Shown here: positions 17,040 through 22,568 of the stretch, in pieces
Layout of the letters: each line of letters starts with the position of its first letter
Numbering within the stretch: the first letter of the stretch is position 1
Source of the DNA: Candidatus Zixiibacteriota bacterium
Lineage (GTDB): Bacteria > Zixibacteria > MSB-5A5 > GN15 > FEB-12
Assembly: GCA_024277795.1 (NCBI GenBank)
Contig: JAJRUL010000085.1
Span: 1-22,568 of the forward strand
Direction of reading: 5' to 3'
DNA length: 22,568 bases
Made by a program: the position numbers and the translations under genes
Notes under the pieces: model-generated
What the model was told of the DNA's origin: nothing
What the model saw: only the letters and a program-made list of their open reading frames with translations
Database searches by the model: none

Positions 17040-17852
17040 ATGATTGCGTGGTTTACCGAACTTAGCCCAGTGTATCAGGCACTTATGGCTGGTTTATTTA
17101 CATGGCTGGTCACTGCCCTAGGGGCAGGAACTGTGTTTATTGCAAAGGAGATGAAGCGACAAACACTTGACACAGCACTCGGTTTTGCCGCTGGTGTCAT
17201 GATTGCTGCAAGCTATTGGTCTCTACTCGCACCCGCAATCGAAATGTCGCAAGGGAAAGACCTTCCTGCATGGGTTCCTGCCACAGCAGGTTTCCTGCTC
17301 GGGGCCGCATTCCTCCGCATTGCTGATATGACACTCCCCCATCTGCATCTATTTGATCCTATTGAAAAAGCGGAAGGTGTCAAAACCACATGGCATCGCA
17401 CTACCTTGCTTGTACTCGCTATAACTCTCCATAATATTCCTGAAGGATTGGCGGTCGGTGTTGCTTTTGGTGCTGTTGCCGCAGACCTGCCATCGGCAAC
17501 ACTTGCAGGTGCTCTCGCTCTGGCAATGGGAATTGGAATACAAAACTTCCCTGAAGGACTAGCTGTCTCAATGCCATTGAGACGTGAAGGGATGTCACGA
17601 ACAAAGAGCTTCTGGTATGGACAACTTTCAGGAACAGTAGAGCCGATTGCCGCTGTCATAGGAGCGAGCCTAGTACTCATAGCCCAACCTGTTCTTCCTT
17701 ATGCGCTCGCGTTTGCAGCAGGTGCAATGATCTTTGTTGTTGTTGAGGAAGTCATACCAGAATCACAATCGGGCGGGCACTCACACTCTGCAACCATGGG
17801 AGCCATGATCGGCTTTGCCGTCATGATGACTCTTGACGTTGCACTGGGGTAA
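17040..17852 (+). CDS. zupT: ZIP-family zinc transporter (ZupT/GufA-like).
   Basis: …[19 protein letters not shown]… and …[17 protein letters not shown]… are duplicated ZIP signature motifs. 8 TM helices. TAA stop. Confidence 0.88.
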   Translation: MIAWFTELSPVYQALMAGLFTWLVTALGAGTVFIAKEMKRQTLDTALGFAAGVMIAASYWSLLAPAIEMSQGKDLPAWVPATAGFLLGAAFLRIADMTLPHLHLFDPIEKAEGVKTTWHRTTLLVLAITLHNIPEGLAVGVAFGAVAADLPSATLAGALALAMGIGIQNFPEGLAVSMPLRREGMSRTKSFWYGQLSGTVEPIAAVIGASLVLIAQPVLPYALAFAAGAMIFVVVEEVIPESQSGGHSHSATMGAMIGFAVMMTLDVALG

Positions 17853-17886
17853 ACATGGTATATCCTACCCGATTTGCTACTTCGGT

Positions 17887-17915
17887 TTGATTATAACAGC
17901 ATTTTGACGTATACT
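17887..17915 (+). promoter_or_regulatory. Putative promoter of the ferritin-like gene.
   Basis: -35 TTGATT (17887-17892), 17-nt spacer, -10 TATACT (17910-17915). About 55 nt upstream of the GGAGG-ATG at 17961-17973. Confidence 0.35.
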
Positions 17916-17970
17916 CAGAATCAGAGATTACAACAACGAGTAAGTATGAACAATGCTCCGGGAGGTTAAT

Positions 17971-18426
17971 ATGGAACTGGATACTGTAGATAAGGTTATT
18001 GATTTCGCTATCAAAAACGAACAAAAAGCGGCTGAATTCTACGATGCTTTAGCTGAACGCATGGATCTGCAATCAATGAAAGATGTTTTCATTGGATTTG
18101 CCAATGAAGAGCGTGGACACGAAGCTAAGCTGAAGATGGTTAAGGCTGGCAATATGCTCCTATCATCAGAGGAAAAGGTCCTCAATCTGGGATTAGCGGA
18201 TCACGTCAAAGAAGCAAACCTCAATGTTAAAGCTATGAGTTTCCAAGAAGCTCTGGTTGTAGGCATGAATGCAGAAAAGGCAGCCTTCAAGCTGTATACA
18301 AGCCTGGCTGAATCAACCGATGATCCCGCCCTGAAAGAACTCCTCTCTGGTTTAGCTCAGGAAGAAGCAAAACATAAACTTCGCTTCGAATTGGAGTATG
18401 ATGACCTGGTAATGCAGGAAAACTAA
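17971..18426 (+). CDS. Ferritin-like diiron-carboxylate protein (rubrerythrin-family ferritin domain, no rubredoxin domain).
   Basis: ATG at 17971 with GGAGG at 17961-17965. The ORF track start at 17953 lies upstream of the SD. Four-helix E / ExxH / E / ExxH pattern: NEQKAAEFY, EERGHEAKL, NAEKAAFKLY, QEEAKHKL. TAA stop, then a terminator. Confidence 0.75.
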   Translation: MELDTVDKVIDFAIKNEQKAAEFYDALAERMDLQSMKDVFIGFANEERGHEAKLKMVKAGNMLLSSEEKVLNLGLADHVKEANLNVKAMSFQEALVVGMNAEKAAFKLYTSLAESTDDPALKELLSGLAQEEAKHKLRFELEYDDLVMQEN

Positions 18427-18450
18427 AGATAAAGTACCATATAATACTGA

Positions 18451-18478
18451 AATGGCGGGTTTCCCCCGCCATTTTTTA
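18451..18478 (+). terminator. Rho-independent terminator.
   Basis: AATGGCGGG-tttcc-CCCGCCATT is a 9-bp GC-rich stem followed by T6. Confidence 0.7.
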
Positions 18479-18597
18479 TATCTACTAAAAGCACAAACAA
18501 CGAATTCAAAGAAATTAAATGCTCATAAAGCTTAGCTGGTATTCCTCCGATAATCTAAAGGTAATTCTAAGATGATGTTAATCAATCGGAGGTGAAA

Positions 18598-18984
18598 ATG
18601 GCTAAAAAGAAAAACTGGAGTTTCAAAAGCTTTGATGAACTCCAAGATTGCTGGGAACAAGATAAATTTGACTGTGACGATGTCGCAGATTTTCGAGATC
18701 CTTTGGTTTTGGACTGGTGCAGTCGGCTTGATGATTGGACTCCAAAAATCGCTGTATGCTTCAATCGATACACCAGTGCGGTAACACTTGACCGCATATC
18801 ACAACATGAAATGCCTGAACTAAGAAGACTAGTCTGCTTCCACCAGAATTGCAGTATACAGACCCTTGAACGTTTGCTTGATGATTCAGACTACTCCTGC
18901 CGTCAAACTGCATTGGAATACTTGAATAAAGCAGACAAAAACTATCGACCTAAGAAAAGTCGCAGAAAAACTGTGCGTAGATAA
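18598..18984 (+). CDS. Cys-rich hypothetical protein with LRV/HEAT-like ~24-aa repeats.
   Basis: ATG at 18598 with GGAGG at 18588-18592 (5-nt spacer). 8 Cys in 128 aa (DCWEQDKFDCDD, WCSRL, AVCFNRY, LVCFHQNCS, YSCRQ). Repeats read D.W.P.IAV..N…, MPELRRLVCFHQNCSIQTLERLLDDSD… . TAA stop plus a terminator. Confidence 0.6.
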   Translation: MAKKKNWSFKSFDELQDCWEQDKFDCDDVADFRDPLVLDWCSRLDDWTPKIAVCFNRYTSAVTLDRISQHEMPELRRLVCFHQNCSIQTLERLLDDSDYSCRQTALEYLNKADKNYRPKKSRRKTVRR

Positions 18985-19004
18985 GAATAAATAGATAAAG
19001 CCTT

Positions 19005-19038
19005 ATAAACGGTAACTTACTGAGTTACCGTTTTTTTA
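19005..19038. terminator. Rho-independent terminator (11-bp stem) serving the convergent genes 18598..18984(+) and mntP(-).
   Basis: AAACGGTAACT-tactg-AGTTACCGTTT followed by T7 on the plus strand. The A-rich left flank gives weaker minus-strand function. Confidence 0.7.
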
Positions 19039-19041
19039 TAA

Positions 19042-19716
19042 TCAAAAAATAGCTGTTTTTACAGCAAGTGCGATCAAGATTACTCCACCAATAACTCCAG
19101 CTACTCGACCAAATCGAAGTCCGAATACTCGACCGAAAACAAGACCAAGAGTAGTCATACTGGCAGCCACAAAACCAATAATAAGAGTCGGATAGAGAAT
19201 CTCAGTCCCTGTTAAGGCAAGAGATAAACCCGCCGCCAAAGCATCAATAGAAGTCGCTAACATGAGCAGTAAAAGGCTTGCCCCGCGAGTCGGATCTCCT
19301 TTCCATTGTCGTGCCTGAGGATCTTTCTGCTCCCAAATCAACCTCGCACCAATAACAAAAAGAACTATTCCCGCAAGCCAACCTGCCAATGAGCCAACCA
19401 CTCCAACAATATACCCGCCTGCTAACCAGCCTATTATTGGCATACCGAATTGAGCGAAGCCAAAATGGAATGAAAGACGAAAAACTGCCCACTTTTCTAA
19501 AATGCCAAGTGTAATCCCTACTGCAATAGCAACACCAAAAGCATCAAAAGCCAAGGCAAAGGCAAGGACAATTACATTGAAAAAATCAGTATCGATATAC
19601 GTATACCCTATCGGTTTATAAAGAATCAAAAGATTGAAATAACTAAGCCATAATCCCAATCCAACTCTGCTACTATACAATAAAACAAAAGAATTCCCAA
19701 ATAGAGAGACGAGCAA
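19042..19716 (-). CDS. mntP: Manganese efflux pump MntP (DUF204/YebN family).
   Basis: …FNVIVLAFALAFDAFGVAIAVGI… and the second-half repeat …LLLMLATSIDALAAGLSLAL… form the duplicated MntP motif in a 6-TM protein. The start is uncertain: TTG at 19716 or TTG at 19629, neither with a clear SD. TGA stop. Confidence 0.78.
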   Translation of the reverse strand: MLVSLFGNSFVLLYSSRVGLGLWLSYFNLLILYKPIGYTYIDTDFFNVIVLAFALAFDAFGVAIAVGITLGILEKWAVFRLSFHFGFAQFGMPIIGWLAGGYIVGVVGSLAGWLAGIVLFVIGARLIWEQKDPQARQWKGDPTRGASLLLLMLATSIDALAAGLSLALTGTEILYPTLIIGFVAASMTTLGLVFGRVFGLRFGRVAGVIGGVILIALAVKTAIF

Positions 19717-19819
19717 ATAAAAAAAATCCGATTATACTTTACTTTTTGGTATTCTTTTAGTATTATAAGTCGATGATAATAAGAACTGGTTTAATAGTAT
19801 TGACTTACGGTGATTTAGG

Positions 19820-20359
19820 ATGAGAATTTCATCATTAGAAGAGTATGGATTGCGGTGCCTCCTCGCTATCGGTGAGCAAAAACCACCAGGACAGATGTCT
19901 ATTCCGGAAATAGCTGAACAGGAAGGATTATCAATTCCATATACTTCAAAATTGATGTCAATCCTGCGACGTGCAGGGCTTGTCAAAGCGGTTCGAGGTA
20001 GATCAGGAGGTTTCACACTAACTCGTGCACCTAAAGATATTACGCTGTTAGATATTCTTACATCATTGGGTGGCCCTCTGCTCGACCCGGACCATTGTAC
20101 GAAATATTCGGGACAGTTGGATGAGTGTGTCCATATGTCAGATTGCAATGTTCACTCTGTACTTGGATCTTTAGCCAGTTTTGTCGGAGGAATGCTCGCA
20201 CGGACCTCCCTTCAAGATATGTTAGACCAAACAGCATCCGCTTCATTGATTAGCTCTGAAGAGCTTATCAACAGCGGTAACATTATCAATATGCACCATG
20301 CAAACAGTAAACGAATGGATGCCTTCGATTGTAACCCAAACGACGGCAAAGAACTATAA
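19820..20359 (+). CDS. Rrf2-family transcriptional regulator (IscR/SufR-like, Fe-S cluster ligands present), likely repressor of the downstream suf genes.
   Basis: The N-terminal wHTH region (MRISSLEEYGLRCLLAIGEQ…MSIPEIAEQEGLSIPYTSKLMSILRRAGLVKAVRGRSGGFTLTRAP) is Rrf2-like. Cys/His cluster DPDHCTKYSGQLDECVHMSDCNVH matches the IscR 3Cys+His spacing. There is an unusual ~45-aa C-terminal extension. Position is immediately upstream of sufCB. Confidence 0.8.
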   Translation: MRISSLEEYGLRCLLAIGEQKPPGQMSIPEIAEQEGLSIPYTSKLMSILRRAGLVKAVRGRSGGFTLTRAPKDITLLDILTSLGGPLLDPDHCTKYSGQLDECVHMSDCNVHSVLGSLASFVGGMLARTSLQDMLDQTASASLISSEELINSGNIINMHHANSKRMDAFDCNPNDGKEL

Positions 20360-20376
20360 AAGGATGTGAGAGTTAT

Positions 20377-21150
20377 ATGTCCGATACACAACCATTATTT
20401 GATTTTAAGAACATACACGTGGAAGTTGAAGGAAAGGAAGTTGTTTCCGGAATTTCTTTGACAATTAACAAGGGTGAGACTCACGCTATCATGGGACCAA
20501 ATGGTTCAGGCAAATCCTCTTTGTCTAATGCGTTGATGGGGCACCCATCATACACAATTACCAAAGGTGAAGCCTATCTTGATGGTCAGGATATTCTTCA
20601 AATGCAAGCCGATGAACGTTCGCGTGCGGGACTCTTTCTTGCCTTCCAGTACCCGCTGGCAATCCCCGGTGTCACAGTCGCGAATTTCATGCGTGCCGCC
20701 GTCCAGGCACATCGTGGAAAAGACGCTGACATGACTGACTTCAGGAAAATATTTCTGGGGCAGATGAAAGATCTGTCTATCGACAAAGCTTTTGCAACGC
20801 GCTACCTAAATGAAGGCTTCTCAGGTGGAGAAAAAAAGAGAATAGAAATACTTCAACTCTCTATGCTCAATCCGAAGGTTGCGTTATTAGATGAGACAGA
20901 TTCCGGTCTCGATATTGATGCGTTGAAAGTCGTGTCTGAAGGAATAAACAGATATCACAATGAGAATAATGGCGTTCTCCTTATCACCCACTACCAGAGA
21001 CTGCTCAATTATGTCAAACCGGATATCGTCCATGTGATGTATCGTGGCAAAATAGCAGAAACAGGTGGACCTGATTTGGCTCTAAAATTAGAAGATCAGG
21101 GGTATGAATGGATTGAAAAAACAGCCGGGCAGACAGCAGAGGTGCGATAA
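20377..21150 (+). CDS. sufC: Fe-S cluster assembly ATPase SufC.
   Basis: Walker [14 protein letters not shown] signature [12 protein letters not shown], Walker [15 protein letters not shown], and H-loop [10 protein letters not shown]. 257 aa. TAA overlaps the sufB ATG (TAATG). Confidence 0.92.
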   Translation: MSDTQPLFDFKNIHVEVEGKEVVSGISLTINKGETHAIMGPNGSGKSSLSNALMGHPSYTITKGEAYLDGQDILQMQADERSRAGLFLAFQYPLAIPGVTVANFMRAAVQAHRGKDADMTDFRKIFLGQMKDLSIDKAFATRYLNEGFSGGEKKRIEILQLSMLNPKVALLDETDSGLDIDALKVVSEGINRYHNENNGVLLITHYQRLLNYVKPDIVHVMYRGKIAETGGPDLALKLEDQGYEWIEKTAGQTAEVR

Positions 21151-22568
21151 TGTCCGAAGCAATCAGACAACAGAACAAAACATTAGAGGCGTTGAATGCC
21201 GACTATGCCTCAAAATACGGTTTCCATGATCCCGTTGAATATTTCCACAAAGGTGCCAAGGGAGTAAATCACGAAGTTGTCGAGATGATCTCAAAGATGA
21301 AAAAGGAACCTCGCTGGATGGCCGATCTTCGTCACAAAGCGTACGATATCTTTCTTTCAAAACCGATGCCGACGTTTGGAAATACTGAGCTACTCTCTGA
21401 AATTGACTTTGAAAATGTTTATTACTTCATGAAGCCAATTGAAAATAAACAAGATGACTGGGATGATGTCCCCGAATATATCAAGAAAACGTTTGATCGC
21501 CTCGGAATACCTGAAGCTGAAAAGAAATTCCTTGGCGGGGTCTCTGCACAATACGAATCAGAAGTAGTCTATCATTCAGTCAAAGATGAACTGACTGAAC
21601 AGGGCGTTGTCTTTCTTGACATGGATTCTGCAGTACAAGAGAGACCTGATATTGTCCAGAAATATTTCGGTACGGTAATCCCCGCAACTGACAACAAGTT
21701 CGCCGCACTTAACGGTGCAGTATGGTCTGGTGGATCATTTATTTATATCCCACCCGGACTTGATGTCAAAATCCCTCTACAGGCATATTTCCGTATCAAT
21801 GCTGAAAATATGGGACAATTTGAACGGACATTGATTATCGCTGATAAAGGTGCTCGTGTCCACTACATCGAAGGTTGTACTGCTCCTGTCTATTCCACAA
21901 ACTCATTGCATACTGCAGTTGTTGAAGTGATAGCTCTTGATGAAGCATATATACGCTACACGACAATACAAAACTGGTCGCGTAATATCTATAACCTCGT
22001 GACCAAACGAGCTTCGGCATACAAAAATGCAACTGTTGAATGGGTTGACGGCAACCTCGGATCTCGTTTAACAATGAAATACCCATGTATCCAACTTCTT
22101 GGAGAAGGTGCCAAAGGAGAAATTCTCTCCGTTGCCTTTGCGGGTATCGAACAACATCAGGATGCAGGAGCGAAGGTAATTCACGCCGCTCCGAATACAT
22201 CATCACGGATCACATCGAAATCTATCAGCAAAGACAATGGTAGAGCTTCATACCGTGGACTCGTAAAAATCCACAAGAATGCAACAAACTGTAAAGTCTC
22301 AGTAGAATGCGATGCCCTGCTAATCGGTGAAGAAGCTCGTTCTGACACCTACCCGACAATGGAAATAGATAACGATCAAGTTCGAGTCGAACATGAAGCT
22401 CGCGTTTCCAAAGTGGCCGAAGAACAACTCTTCTATCTTACCAGTCGTGGTCTGACTGAAGATGACGCTCGTCTGCTGATTGTAAATGGTTTCATGGAAC
22501 CGTTCACCAAGCAACTCCCGATGGAGTATGCTGTTGAACTTAATCGATTGATTGAACTTGAAATGGAA
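21150..22568 (+). CDS. sufB: Fe-S cluster assembly scaffold SufB, 473 codons open to the window end (3' end not reached).
   Basis: ATG at 21150. The frame is open through 22568. Translation [28 protein letters not shown]…[16 protein letters not shown]…[16 protein letters not shown]…[17 protein letters not shown]…[17 protein letters not shown]…[27 protein letters not shown]… matches SufB. It is not in the ORF track because no stop is reached. Confidence 0.9.
   Translation, partial: MSEAIRQQNKTLEALNADYASKYGFHDPVEYFHKGAKGVNHEVVEMISKMKKEPRWMADLRHKAYDIFLSKPMPTFGNTELLSEIDFENVYYFMKPIENKQDDWDDVPEYIKKTFDRLGIPEAEKKFLGGVSAQYESEVVYHSVKDELTEQGVVFLDMDSAVQERPDIVQKYFGTVIPATDNKFAALNGAVWSGGSFIYIPPGLDVKIPLQAYFRINAENMGQFERTLIIADKGARVHYIEGCTAPVYSTNSLHTAVVEVIALDEAYIRYTTIQNWSRNIYNLVTKRASAYKNATVEWVDGNLGSRLTMKYPCIQLLGEGAKGEILSVAFAGIEQHQDAGAKVIHAAPNTSSRITSKSISKDNGRASYRGLVKIHKNATNCKVSVECDALLIGEEARSDTYPTMEIDNDQVRVEHEARVSKVAEEQLFYLTSRGLTEDDARLLIVNGFMEPFTKQLPMEYAVELNRLIELEME

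Noticed and set aside
17213-17680. Antisense or overlapping ORFs inside known genes (e.g. 17213..17680 -, 11768..12130 -, 239..481 +, 741..968 -, 19244..19492 -, 20598..20786 -).
   Set aside because: They are fully embedded in well-supported conserved genes on the other strand or frame, have no SD, and have no recognisable domains. They are most likely spurious.
17887-17901. Fur/PerR box at the ferritin-like gene promoter (TTGATTATAACA).
   Set aside because: Only a half-site-like match to TTATAATnATTATAA or GATAATGATAATCATTATC. It is too weak to call from sequence alone, and is mentioned only as a hint.
19800-19805. TTGACT hexamer as the -35 of the rrf2 promoter.
   Set aside because: It lies only 14 nt upstream of the ATG, so a matching -10 would fall inside the ORF. 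The promoter assignment for rrf2 is left open.
1-22568. Mobile elements, CRISPR arrays, tRNA, rRNA and defence islands.
   Set aside because: There are no transposase-, integrase-, Cas- or restriction-like ORFs. There are no regularly spaced repeats and no GC-rich cloverleaf-sized intergenic segments. Gene content is housekeeping with conserved local synteny (bamA-skp-lpxD, sufCB), so the window looks like core chromosome rather than an accessory island.

Overview
This 22.6-kb window looks like core chromosome from a diderm (Gram-negative-type) bacterium. It carries outer-membrane biogenesis genes (bamA, skp, lpxD, lgt), GC is roughly 42%, and most genes have recognisable Shine-Dalgarno sequences. 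Gene order: acs (3' part), a DinB/YfiT-like hypothetical, and an SPFH/band-7 lipoprotein. Then a leftward uvrB - lipoprotein unit, rplU, and bamA - skp - lpxD. Then a HAMP-only membrane protein, ssb, and nadE - rsmI - PAP2-superfamily (AUR1/SMS-like) membrane protein - lgt. Then a Ycf48-like Asp-box beta-propeller lipoprotein. Then a Zur-box-controlled ZIP zinc importer, a ferritin-like (rubrerythrin-family) diiron protein and a Cys-rich LRV-repeat protein. The window ends with mntP divergent from an Rrf2 (IscR-like) regulator - sufC - sufB (3' truncated). I found no tRNA, rRNA, CRISPR, transposase or integrase. TAA is the dominant stop codon. TGA (ssb, nadE, skp end, PAP2, mntP) and TAG (SPFH, lpxD end) are also used as real stops, so the genetic code is standard. 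The most unusual feature is that the two adjacent genes skp and lpxD each carry one in-frame stop at an otherwise perfectly conserved position. skp has TAA at codon 46. lpxD has TGA replacing the Gly of the universal GSDGFGY motif. These could be point-mutation pseudogenes, assembly errors or programmed readthrough; the sequence alone cannot decide. Other notable items are a textbook Zur operator in the zupT promoter spacer, an AUR1/SMS-like phosphotransferase translationally overlapped with lgt, a Ycf48-like propeller with two N-terminal Ig/BACON-like domains, and rplU lacking its usual partner rpmA and followed directly by bamA.
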